A DNA stretch of 64,000 bases from a virus (taxonomy: Duplodnaviria; Heunggongvirae; Uroviricota; Caudoviricetes): the IMG/VR virus record IMGVR_UViG_3300028833_000099, one strand, 5' to 3'. A program made the position numbers and the translations under genes. Within the stretch, counting starts at the first letter, position 1. Each line of letters begins with the position of its first letter. Below are positions 50,512 through 60,077 of this stretch, piece after piece. The notes under the pieces are model-generated. The model ran no database searches and was not told where the DNA came from. It saw only the letters and a list, made by a program, of their open reading frames with translations.

Positions 50512-50815
50512 TGTCTTCTACGGATGCAAATTTGTTATACTCCTCGATAACGTAATTTTTAAAAAGTGGAATTGCATAATTCTCAGTCATATCACCACCA
50601 CTACCAACTATTCTACCATTGTAGAGACCTTTATGGCAACGAGTCTTAACCTCTTCATCAAGGTACTTATCACGTTCCTCACCTTCAATACGATGCTTAA
50701 AAATGTAATATGCTACGTAAGTCCAATGAGAATGCTCTCTACTTTTGATATACTCCTTAAATTTAAGATACTGTTCTTTAGTGGTTGTGTTGTTTGTAAA
50801 AATTTTTGTATTCAT
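50504..50815 (-). CDS. hypothetical protein
   Basis: 103-aa ORF. Confidence 0.4.
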   Translation of the reverse strand: MNTKIFTNNTTTKEQYLKFKEYIKSREHSHWTYVAYYIFKHRIEGEERDKYLDEEVKTRCHKGLYNGRIVGSGGDMTENYAIPLFKNYVIEEYNKFASVEDND

Positions 50816-51024
50816 ATTTTTTCCTTTTATTAATTCGTTATATTCTTTAAATGTTAAAAACTTTACTTCACTTTTTTTCCCTAACGAATTAATTTTAGGA
50901 GTACCACGAACACGATTCAGCTACCAAAATTGGCTGAAAACCTACCAAAAACTGTTTTTCTTCATAATAATAATTTTTATTTTAATTAGTTAATAAAAAC
51001 GGAAGCATTTTCCTATGTCAAGGT

Positions 51025-51100
51025 GGTTGGATTCGAGCCAACGCAAGCGTTTCAAGCGTATACGGCTTATGAGACCGTCATGTTACCACTACATCACCCC
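51025..51100 (-). tRNA. tRNA-like element with anticodon-like hairpin ACGGT-CTCATAA-GCCGT
   Basis: T-arm GTTGGCTCGAATCCAAC with a CAU-type loop. The variable region is unusual. Confidence 0.3.
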
Positions 51101-51511
51101 ATGATTAATAAAACTTACGGATATACTTTATCAGGAATCTTGCTTTCTCTGCTGAAGACTTATTTTTACCTATCCACTCATAGGAACTTCACAGAGTGCT
51201 TCGCACACCATTAGGTAGCATCGAATGAGATAGTATTCCATACGCTAGTGGAACTATATAGACATTGTTACATACCTCAATCTACATTCTTCTTAGTGTG
51301 TACCCTTGCGACAAATGTACCCACGCTTGTATATCTACGCCTCTATCGTAAGTTTTATATTGAAGGGAACTTTTTTTCGGTTTTATTCGTTTCAAGCAAA
51401 TTCCATATAGTCATTGCTGTAAGTTCCCACTATTGGTTAAGGAATTGGAAACGGTAGAGCCACACTACGAAACTCTCTACCTACTCATCGTAGCATTATC
51501 CAAAACCTTAG

Positions 51512-51585
51512 TGGACAAGATGGGACTCGAACCCACGACCCTCTGAATGCAAATCAGATGCTCTAGCCAACTGAGCTACAAGCCC
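51512..51585 (-). tRNA. tRNA-Ala (UGC)
   Basis: D-arm GCTCAGTTGGCTAGAGC, anticodon stem TCTGA/TCAGA with loop TTTGCAT, T-arm GTGGGTTCGAGTCCCAT, G3-U70 wobble. Confidence 0.6.
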
Positions 51586-51719
51586 TAGAAAAATTGTTAG
51601 TTTTTTATACAGAACTAACAAACTGCATAGAGTTCTCAGCTTATTCGTCTTTAGTTTGCTCACTTTGAACCTCTTTTGTTAGTCAGAAGGAATCGAACCT
51701 TCATTACAACCATTTGACC

Positions 51720-52046
51720 TTAAAGAATTTCTACTACTTTTCCGTAGATTTGGTTTCTACCTACCCATCCGTTCATATGTCCGTGATTGTTACCAATAAG
51801 ATATTCACTATCATTTTTAATTGCATGGATTAGGTGCAGATAATGATGACCTCTAACTTTGCAAAGAACAATATTTTTCTTTTCTAGTTTTGTGTCATCT
51901 TTTACTGGTTCACATATAACCGCTTGTCTTGATTTAAGAATAGGGGCCATAGAGTTACCAATACCAGTTACTTTACACGTCTCACCTCCTCTGAGGTGAT
52001 TGCAAGTTTCTTGATTTTCGAAACCGCTATAAGTAAATTCTCTCAT
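51720..52046 (-). CDS. S24/S26-like serine peptidase domain protein
   Basis: GNSMAPIL resembles the GDSMxP catalytic-serine motif of LexA/UmuD/signal peptidase folds, with a downstream conserved Lys. Confidence 0.5.
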   Translation of the reverse strand: MREFTYSGFENQETCNHLRGGETCKVTGIGNSMAPILKSRQAVICEPVKDDTKLEKKNIVLCKVRGHHYLHLIHAIKNDSEYLIGNNHGHMNGWVGRNQIYGKVVEIL

Positions 52047-52192
52047 ATGTTAATTGTTTAAGTGGAGTATTGGAGATTCGAACTCCAAGAGGTCTTATGT
52101 TTCCCGCCTCTCGTATGGTCTTCTTATGCATGAAACCGACCAGCAGGTCACCACCCAACGTGTTTATACCCCATGAGAATTACTTATTGCAG

Positions 52193-52310
52193 GGACTGAC
52201 GGATTCGAACCGCCATCGTTTATTAACAGTTAAAGGCACACTCTGTTCCGAGGTCGAGAGTGCTTTATTCCTTAAAGCGCAACAAATTACTTTACCATTA
52301 AGCTAAATCC
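52193..52310 (-). ncRNA. elongated tRNA-like RNA (Ser-GGA-like anticodon hairpin)
   Basis: Complementary termini AGGGATT/AGTCCCT, D-arm-like GCTTAATGGTAAAGT, hairpin GCTTT-AAGGAAT-AAAGC, a long hairpin CACTCT...AGAGTG and T-arm GGCGGTTCGAATCCGTC. At ~118 nt it exceeds any tRNA. Confidence 0.3.
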
Positions 52311-53377
52311 CTATATAAATACAAAAGACTGAGAATGTTGTCTTATTGTTAATGCCATTTTACAAGCGTTGGAACTTGCTATTCACACGTCACCTTACGA
52401 TGAACGTAGACATCATGCACGGAAGTCTTGAGAAGACAACCAAGAATCTTACTAGTTTAAACCTTGCGGTGCAGCATCATAGCTTTCAGTTCTTCGCCAA
52501 GCTCTTGCGGATTCATAGGATGCCTCCTATTAACTCAGACGAGTACTTTTACACGCTCATTGAATTCCTTGCGAGTCCTCAATGTCTCAATATTTCATGA
52601 GAATAAGTGCATTTTAGCTGCCTAGTGTCGCACACTTTTGCTTAAATTGATTTTTGAATCATATTTATGTTCCGTAGGCGGTTTGGAAGACGAGGTGCGA
52701 CTAAGGACATCTGTAACTTTTGGCTACAGCCCATCCAATCGCCTCCCTGTGCTAGCTCACCACAAGCTATTCACTATTATACACCATCACCTCATATGAG
52801 TTCTTACACATTTCTATGTAAGACTAGTGCATAACTGAGTACAACACGCCAACTGGTGATTATTGCATCATACTCCATACAGTAATCTATCGTGTCACCA
52901 CTCATTCAAAGATTCCTCACCCTTGAAAATATACAACTTTGGTGTTACCCACATTGTATACCGTACTGTATGCTTTTCAGTGAAATACATGAGAGTTTCT
53001 CATATATCTGCAACGTTTACCGCTAGTACACGTCACATTTATCCCATCACTGGATTATCCTTCCATCTGGCTACGAAAGCTAGCCATTAGCCTCATATCT
53101 TTCGCAAGATATTTCCTCATGGAAATTGGCTTATTTCTTGAGTTTTTCATTCGTTTTCAGTTTATTATAATAGGTAAACTGCTTCCTCTTTAGAGGTGGG
53201 TTCATATCCCAAGCTCCTATTTTTTAGCCCTACATCGAATTTTTTTACCCAATACTTACTTTTTTCTAGTACACGTTCTCTAGAATATGGTTCCCGAAGT
53301 TACCATTGCTATGGATTGTTTAACCACATAAAACCCATTTTTACCGTTGTCTACGGCACGAAAAGGCATATCTCGTT

Positions 53378-53530
53378 GGTTAGAGCAGATTTGCACTGCT
53401 GAAGCTTCCGAAGAAACACATCAAGCACGAACTTGATGCCCATTTGTCTACATCGTCATTGCTGACGTTCTCCTCTGGTACTAACCAAAAGGTGGTTTTT
53501 TGACTTGTCCACCACAAGGTATAGTGTGTA
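53378..53530. repeat. ~150-bp structured element, copy 1
   Basis: Copy 1 (~53378-53530) and copy 2 (~53683-53835) are ~90% identical direct repeats. Compensatory changes preserve two helices: AGCAG...CTGCT versus GCTAG...CTAGC, and TTGGTTAG...CTAACCAA versus TTGGTAGA...TCTACCAA. Confidence 0.6.
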
Positions 53531-53682
53531 GTATTGTAAAGGCTAATTCATTTTGCAGAACTAATTTAATGGTAAAGGACATCTGCTATGTTTCATACAG
53601 TTGTGTGTTTGTCGCAACCTCACTTTCCTCGCCAACCTTTACTGCCGATTGCACCTGAGCGTTTATACTACATTTGTTGGTA

Positions 53683-53835
53683 GAGCTAGATTTGCACTAG
53701 CGAAGACTCCGAAGAGCCACATCAAGCACGAACTTGATGCCCATTTGTCTACATCGTCATTGCTGACGTTCTCCTCTGGTATCTACCAAAAGGTGGTTTT
53801 TTAACTTGCCCACCACAAGAATAGTTGCGGCAGTA
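53683..53835. repeat. ~150-bp structured element, copy 2
   Basis: Second copy of the element at 53378-53530. It carries paired substitutions that maintain the helices. Confidence 0.6.
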
Positions 53836-53899
53836 GGAGTCGAACCCACTGTTACTAGGTTATGAGCCTAGTGTGTAAACCGTTTCACTCTGCCACGAT
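53825..53899 (-). tRNA. tRNA (CAU)
   Basis: Anticodon stem CTAGG/CCTAG with loop CTCATAA and T-arm GTGGGTTCGACTCCTAC. The acceptor has a position 1-72 mismatch. Confidence 0.45.
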
Positions 53900-54040
53900 A
53901 TTATGTATTTAAATCGGAAACTTTTTCTAAACGTTTCAAAGTGACAATTTGATGTTAAGAATAGTTTGCTGTGAGTTTCCTTTATTGTTTTCAAATCAAC
54001 AATGCAAAGATATGAAAAATATTTTTAATATCCAAATTTT

Positions 54041-54310
54041 TTAAGATTTCTTTGCATTTTTGGCGAAATACTCTTTGAGTTTAGCCCATTCTGAAAGGAT
54101 GGTACTATATTCATCGGCACTAAGTAATACTTCCTCTTTGCCATGCTCAATACTATCTGCTTGCCCCCTAAGTTTATCAACTAAATTGATTTTAAGAGCC
54201 TCATAATATTTTACGCTAACAATATTAGTAGCTTCTCCTTTGCTATACCCAGCCTCTTGAAGGTTTTTATATAGTTCACTTCTGAAATCTTTATCTAAAA
54301 TTTTACTCAT
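54041..54310 (-). CDS. hypothetical protein
   Basis: 89-aa ORF downstream of the promoter at ~54338-54380. Confidence 0.4.
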   Translation of the reverse strand: MSKILDKDFRSELYKNLQEAGYSKGEATNIVSVKYYEALKINLVDKLRGQADSIEHGKEEVLLSADEYSTILSEWAKLKEYFAKNAKKS

Positions 54311-54390
54311 TGTATGTCTTTTTCTTTAACAGTGCAAAAATATACAAAATTTTTGAAAGTTCCAAATTTTAAGCGATTTTTTTAAAGATT

Positions 54391-54651
54391 TTAACATCTT
54401 CCTTCATATAAATCATCATAATTGGTTTTACCTCTTTTGAATATTGTAATATTTTTTGCGTCTTGGAAAAGACACCAACCAATTGTTGACAAACATATTC
54501 CCACGATAACGCCAATGCTTAACCATGACAATAAACCACATACAAATGCAGCAATCAAATCAGCAAGAGTTACGACTCTAAATTTTGGGCATCTAACAGC
54601 TAGTGTTAGAAAAAACGCAACAATGCATCCAATAAAATAAATACTTCCCAT
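54391..54651 (-). CDS. small membrane protein
   Basis: 86 aa with three hydrophobic helices. Confidence 0.4.
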   Translation of the reverse strand: MGSIYFIGCIVAFFLTLAVRCPKFRVVTLADLIAAFVCGLLSWLSIGVIVGICLSTIGWCLFQDAKNITIFKRGKTNYDDLYEGRC

Positions 54652-55165
54652 AACTAAATTGTTTTTTTACTTTAAAAATAATCAGCTACACGAACCTCTT
54701 CAATGTACTTATGAAAGATTCCCTTCCATACATGTTATACAGATTAACGCATGACTTATATCCTAATATAGCCTAACTTTACTGTAAAAGTTTACTTCAT
54801 CATCCAACCCTGACTGATTATTTAGTGGACTTGCGCAGAGTCGAACTGCGGTCCAAACAACCATTCCATAAGAAATTATACAAGCTTTGATTTGGAAAGT
54901 TGACAGCAAACGCTGCCCTCACCGCTACCTTATTTTGCGAAAACAAGGAAAACTATACAAAGATGACTAAAGAATAATGCTAGGGTGTTCTGTTCCTAAG
55001 AGCCTAGCCTCTCGGCTTACATTACGCAGCTATAGCGTACTCGTAAGCAGGAGAATCAACATTCTCGCCAGTTATATTTTTTTGCTATTGAAGTGTATGC
55101 CCACTGCTTGTTTCTTACCAAATGCATTGCTGTCAAATCCATTACAAGCCCATGATAAAAAATTG

Positions 55166-55239
55166 TCGAGAGGGTAGGACTTGAACCTACGACCTTCATC
55201 TTATCAGGATGACAATCTAACCAACTGATATACCCCTCG
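55166..55239 (-). tRNA. tRNA-Ile (GAU), copy 1
   Basis: Acceptor CGAGGGG/CCTCTCG, anticodon stem TCATC/GATGA with loop CTGATAA, T-arm GTAGGTTCAAGTCCTAC. Confidence 0.65.
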
Positions 55240-55379
55240 ATAAGCTAGTTTGTGGAATTCCGATTCTTCACCACACAAGTTTCACTAGACCTCCTAATGT
55301 TATATGCGTCCGTTATAGGATACCAACGTTATACGCTTGCCAATTTATTTATCGTACTGCGGAACTAGCTATATTCCTA

Positions 55380-55940
55380 TTACACGTCTTTAAATGCTTC
55401 AATAAAATGTTTCAAAATCATTGCATTTTCTATGACGCAAGTCGGAACTGCTTCTCTAAGGCTTTCAACATCCTCTTTCAAAATCATTTCTCTTACTTTC
55501 GTAGCAGAAAGACTATTATGGATAGTTCCTCTTGCATTAAGTTTGAATGATACGAAATCTCTCGTAATGAAAGGTGGAAACCACTGCATAATTATCTCAA
55601 AACCATCAGAGTAATATATTGTAAACTCTGGAGATTTTGTAAACCCAACAATGTGGCTATAGAGATAAAAACCCCAATCATGAGAATTGTCCGATTCATC
55701 TGTAAGGTCTGCTAATGGTTGTATTATAACCCTTTTAGAGTCCTCTTTAAATGCCTCTTCTATCGCCTTATTAGCGAGTTCCAATCTCATGGCAATTGGT
55801 ATTGGATTCCTTTTATTGAGTTTATCAGCAGAACCAACGAGCAGAAGAACATTTTCATTCTCGTTTAGTGCTTGCCGTATTAACTCAAGATGCCCTTTAT
55901 GTATGGGCTGTATTCTTGCAATGATAACACCTACTGCCAT
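55380..55940 (-). CDS. nadM: nicotinamide/nicotinate mononucleotide adenylyltransferase (NadM-type)
   Basis: N-terminal ARIQPIHKGHLELIRQA carries the (H/T)xGH nucleotidyltransferase motif, very close to archaeal/bacterial NadM GRFQPFHKGH. 186 aa. Confidence 0.75.
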   Translation of the reverse strand: MAVGVIIARIQPIHKGHLELIRQALNENENVLLLVGSADKLNKRNPIPIAMRLELANKAIEEAFKEDSKRVIIQPLADLTDESDNSHDWGFYLYSHIVGFTKSPEFTIYYSDGFEIIMQWFPPFITRDFVSFKLNARGTIHNSLSATKVREMILKEDVESLREAVPTCVIENAMILKHFIEAFKDV

Positions 55941-56437
55941 TATAAATATTGTTTTATGTTAAAAAAAAAATACGGAAACATGTTTTTAGAAATCAAAATT
56001 AAAAGTTTTGCTCTTAAAAATTCCTAATATTTGCTGTATGTTTCCTTAGTGCTTGTGATAGGATTTGAACCTACTGTACCCCACTATAAGATGGCGTGTG
56101 TCTGCCAATATATCACCCCTCAAGCATGTTTCGCCTACTGTACCCCTTCGAGCCATCGCAGACTTGTCTTGCATTAACGTAGTTAAGACCAATATACGGC
56201 ATTCTTAATCTAAAGTATGCTTACGAGCACGTTATAAAGAATATGGAGTTGTTTAACTTGTCCTGTTTATAAACCCCTAACGTACAAAAGGTTATTTTTC
56301 AGTATATCTAAAATGAAAACCACAATGAGGGCATAAAAACACCTCACCATTCTCATCAATCGCATTGGAAACGTCAATTTTGACATGATTTCCACATCTT
56401 ACACATTCTACTTCCATAACATTTATTTTTATAATGC

Positions 56438-56495
56438 AAAGATATGTAAAAAAAATGAAATAGCCAAATATTTTAACATTTTTTTTTATGAAAAA
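56438..56495 (-). promoter_or_regulatory. promoter module
   Basis: AATGCAAAGATATGTAAAAAAAATGAAATAGCCAAATATTTTAAC. Related modules lie at 54003-54045, 54338-54380, 56758-56805 and 60043-60105. Confidence 0.55.
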
Positions 56496-56506
56496 GTAGG
56501 GTATGA

Positions 56507-56577
56507 CGGAATCGAACCGCCCTTCTTAGGATGTAAGCCTAATGTCCTTCCGATGAACGAATACCCTAGTTTGGCAC
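56507..56577 (-). tRNA. tRNA-Val (UAC)
   Basis: Perfect acceptor AGGGTAT/ATACCCT, D-stem GTTC/GGAC, anticodon stem TTAGG/CCTAA with loop CTTACAT, T-arm GGCGGTTCGATTCCGTC. Confidence 0.65.
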
Positions 56578-56814
56578 GAACATCTTGTCATATACACATT
56601 GTATATTACTAGACAAACTCAGTGCCTTTTCCGTAAGTTTATTAGCCTATTAGAGACCAATCTTGCCTTTGTACTTATAAGCAAACCAACCTACAACGCC
56701 ACCAATGATAAACTCAATCATAATCGTAATTTATTTAGTTAGACATTTAATTTAACAATGCAAAGATATATAAAGTTTTTGAAAGTTCCAAATCTTAATA
56801 GTTAAAATATGTTT

Positions 56815-57402
56815 TTAATCAGATAAAATATATTCACGTTCCGCATCTGTTAGTGGCGCATGTTTTCCTTTGACTACTTTCTTCGTGCGTACTTTTTTAT
56901 TTTCACGAGTTATAGCGTTTTTCCCATCACCCCAACGATATTGAAGCCATCCTTCATATTCACCAGTATCAAAAACATAGTCTTTAGGTATTTCGTCTTC
57001 GCCCCTAAATAATTCATCAAGCATTCTAAGACTTACTGGTTCTGACCCCCAAATTCCTATACCATATTTATGATATTTATAGATTCCGTCACCACCAACC
57101 CTAATAACTTTTTCTTTTTTAAAATCAAGGACAAGGTAGCCCCAAAATCTACTGTTTATTTCAAATTCCCATGTTTTCTCATGGTATTTAGAACCCTCTT
57201 TCTCTACTTTATACGGTCTAGGGGTATCTGCATATACATCTTCAATTAATTCTACTTCCTCTTTCCATTCTGATTCAGTATCAAATTCGGCTTCAGAATA
57301 AGTATATTCTTTAAGATTAAACAGCCCCCTCATATCTTTTGCAGACAGAGACTTTCCCCACATAGAGAAAATGACCATAAATCGTTTTGTGTGCTTTTTC
57401 AT
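56815..57402 (-). CDS. hypothetical protein
   Basis: 195-aa ORF. Confidence 0.45.
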   Translation of the reverse strand: MKKHTKRFMVIFSMWGKSLSAKDMRGLFNLKEYTYSEAEFDTESEWKEEVELIEDVYADTPRPYKVEKEGSKYHEKTWEFEINSRFWGYLVLDFKKEKVIRVGGDGIYKYHKYGIGIWGSEPVSLRMLDELFRGEDEIPKDYVFDTGEYEGWLQYRWGDGKNAITRENKKVRTKKVVKGKHAPLTDAEREYILSD

Positions 57403-58151
57403 GCTTCTTTTCTTTTCCTAAATGACATTTTTAAATCAAAACCGTGAGAAAGAATCTTTCCTTCATTCGTTTGGGATTTCATTCCATCTGGAAAACCAAA
57501 CAAATTTGTGAATACATCATTTTTAAACTCTGAAATCTTTTCTTTATTATATAGTTTTGTTCCATACATGAAATTAATAATATCATTCAGAACCTTTTCC
57601 AAATCCTTTATAAAATGGTCTGGCATTCCATTACCACTTAAATCCCAAGGTCTTGTATCATGGCATATTGAAGTATTGTTGTACGAAACAAGATATTTTA
57701 TTTCATACCTACCACCGTCAAAAGTGATAATATATCTCTTTCTAATGCCGCATTCATCATAAGTCGTTTTATAACGTATATCGCTTTCATTTTTAAAATA
57801 ATAGAAACCTAGGGGCGATTTACATTTTATCTTACATTTCCGTCTCCCCTCTTTAGATACGATTCTATCACCGTTTATAATCTCCTTACGTTCACCAACA
57901 TGAAAAAAAGATTCACTATGAGTGATTGAATATGAGTCTATTGTGTGATTATCGTATTTTTCAATAATAACATCACAATTACTGAATAGTATTTTTTTCT
58001 TTTCAATTACTTTATCATTCATTGTCAAAACAATTTCTAACGGCTTTAAAAGGCCAAAAAAATATAAAAAGCATGAGCAATAACGTAGCCATTGCATCTG
58101 ATGCATCACCACGTTCTTTTGCGTACTCGTATTCTGCCTTATACTCATCAT
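57399..58151 (-). CDS. hypothetical protein (C-terminus paralogous to 32828..33592)
   Basis: C-terminal SHGFDLKMSFRKRK matches the other ORF. Confidence 0.45.
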   Translation of the reverse strand: MMSIRQNTSTQKNVVMHQMQWLRYCSCFLYFFGLLKPLEIVLTMNDKVIEKKKILFSNCDVIIEKYDNHTIDSYSITHSESFFHVGERKEIINGDRIVSKEGRRKCKIKCKSPLGFYYFKNESDIRYKTTYDECGIRKRYIITFDGGRYEIKYLVSYNNTSICHDTRPWDLSGNGMPDHFIKDLEKVLNDIINFMYGTKLYNKEKISEFKNDVFTNLFGFPDGMKSQTNEGKILSHGFDLKMSFRKRKEA

Positions 58152-58338
58152 TCCACCACATAAATGCTAGCGATGTTCCAATTACAAAATACAAAATAGT
58201 AATAATATATTCAATACTCATAACAATAGAGTAGGCTTCCTCTACCTACCACGACAGTTAACGGTTTTTGTTAGTTCAAGGTACTAATAGACCAAGCGCA
58301 GTGCTCTGTTACACCGTAAACACCGATAAGGATTATCG

Positions 58339-58427
58339 CACACAGGGCAGGATTCGAACCTGCGGTAGGATTTTAAACCTACGTTAGTTTTGGAGACTAA
58401 TGGGTTAAACCACTCCCCCACCTGTGT
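58339..58427 (-). tRNA. type II tRNA with anticodon loop CTCCAAA (CCA)
   Basis: Acceptor ACACAGG/CCTGTGT, anticodon stem TTAGT/ACTAA, variable hairpin CGTAGGTTTAAAATCCTACCG, T-arm GCAGGTTCGAATCCTGC. It has a Leu(CAA)-like body with C35. Confidence 0.45.
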
Positions 58428-58495
58428 GTATTATATTCCTAAATAATCTTTTAATTCTTTTTTACTAATTGGCAAATCATTTGGTTCGATTTTCT

Positions 58496-58993
58496 TTAAA
58501 AAACCCAGCCACTTTGGTTTGTAAATTCTATTTTCTTTCCTTTATAGACTATATAACCTTTTTTGCCTTTATAGATGATTGGACAAATTTTAGGCATTGA
58601 AATGCTGCATTTATTGCTGTTTCTCCAACCAACAAGTGCTTTCTTCTTACCAAAAAAATCAACAATGCAAAGGTCTTTGTTTTTGTTTTTAATTAACTCA
58701 ATTGGCTTGTTAAATGTCAACGCATGTTCTGTGAGCCATGCATCTTCATCATTTGGTTTCTTATGCTTTTTATGCAGTTCCTTAAACTCCGTTTTCAATT
58801 CCTCGTCAGATGGGCATTCATCTTGCCATTCCTCGCAAATTCGTTTCCTTTCGTCTTTAAACTCTTGAAGAGTCATTAAACGAGAGGATTTTGGTTTTGT
58901 ATAAGCCCCATCAACCCTAGTTAGATATTTATAAGGAACATTCAAATAATGGCTGTCAACAGACCTATGTTTCCCAAATTTATTTACTGACAT
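58496..58993 (-). CDS. hypothetical protein
   Basis: 165-aa ORF. Confidence 0.45.
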   Translation of the reverse strand: MSVNKFGKHRSVDSHYLNVPYKYLTRVDGAYTKPKSSRLMTLQEFKDERKRICEEWQDECPSDEELKTEFKELHKKHKKPNDEDAWLTEHALTFNKPIELIKNKNKDLCIVDFFGKKKALVGWRNSNKCSISMPKICPIIYKGKKGYIVYKGKKIEFTNQSGWVF

Positions 58994-58994
58994 A

Positions 58995-59669
58995 TTATTT
59001 ATCTTCTACATACACACCACAATATTGAGGTTTGCCCAATTCAACCCATTCATCGTGAGTCATAATGTGATATGTCTTGTGTTTCGACTGTTTTTTATCA
59101 CCTACCGATTTAATGTCTCTTGTTTTAGAATCAACGGATTTGATAATATCTGGTATTCTATAATTACCAACCATTTGCTTTATTAACGATGCATAATTAT
59201 TAGTGAAATACCACTCAGAGCATGTTATCCATAAAGGTGTCTTTGAGTTACCACGTAAAATTTCAACACAATCTGGTATCTCACAATGGTATGGGTTTTT
59301 AGCAATCCCAACAATTGATATATCTGGTCTGTTGTATTTTTCCATTAAAGCATTTGCCAAACGCATACCAATTCCAGGTGTTTTATCTTTTCCGTTTTCA
59401 GATAGCCAAACAAATCCATCAACGATAATTGTGTCAACATCATCTAGGTCTATCATTTTTAAACACTGCATAATACATGGTAGTTCACGTTTATATAATT
59501 CTCCTGGTTTGTACTCTGCGTCAATTGTTTCTCTTTTACTTGTAATGAAATATTTTACTTTTGTGTCTGCCCAACTTTCAAACACCCCACCAACGGTATA
59601 CGAATACCCATCGTAATAGTATGTATCAAATGCAATAATCATTTTAGTGTTGTTTCTATTGCTTGCCAA
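58995..59669 (-). CDS. nfi: endonuclease V (Nfi-like)
   Basis: IAFDTYYYDG and IVDGFVWLSENGKDKTPGIGMRLA...IVGIAK are collinear with EndoV catalytic blocks (D..Y, DGxG...HPR-like, GVAK). Confidence 0.65.
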   Translation of the reverse strand: MASNRNNTKMIIAFDTYYYDGYSYTVGGVFESWADTKVKYFITSKRETIDAEYKPGELYKRELPCIMQCLKMIDLDDVDTIIVDGFVWLSENGKDKTPGIGMRLANALMEKYNRPDISIVGIAKNPYHCEIPDCVEILRGNSKTPLWITCSEWYFTNNYASLIKQMVGNYRIPDIIKSVDSKTRDIKSVGDKKQSKHKTYHIMTHDEWVELGKPQYCGVYVEDK

Positions 59670-59675
59670 TTATAA

Positions 59676-60077
59676 CTACCAAGTGAATATTACTTTGTAA
59701 CCGTCTCTGTTACATAAGAAATCAAATACACACCCACAATTTTCGACTTGTAAAGTTATATGAAAACCAAGCACATTGAATTCTTCTTTAATCATAGATT
59801 CAATAAATTTAGTTTGTTTTTCTCCATAAACTCTAAGACGCTTTGGTATCATAATCTCAACTTTTTGCTCATCATAATTTTTGGACAATACTTTTTTTAT
59901 CTCATCCTCATATGTTTTTTTCAAAAAGCCAATAATTAAATTGCCTTTATCGTGCAATTTTTTTTCTTCTTCCATTCGGTTTAGTTCAGCCCAATATTTA
60001 GCTGACTTATTATCAAAAACTTTTTCCATATTTTTTGTGCTTTTATGGCGCAAATATATGAAAAAAAAATGAAACAA
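59676..60077 (-). CDS. hypothetical protein
   Basis: 133-aa ORF. Confidence 0.4.
   Translation of the reverse strand: MFHFFFIYLRHKSTKNMEKVFDNKSAKYWAELNRMEEEKKLHDKGNLIIGFLKKTYEDEIKKVLSKNYDEQKVEIMIPKRLRVYGEKQTKFIESMIKEEFNVLGFHITLQVENCGCVFDFLCNRDGYKVIFTW

Noticed and set aside
51023-51214. Plus-strand ORFs across the tRNA/ncRNA island (51023-51214, 52070-52306, 52346-52600, 52863-53090, 53196-53402, 53601-53804)
   Set aside because: They overlap tRNA-like elements or the structured repeat region, and they lack promoter and terminator context. The region is interpreted as non-coding.
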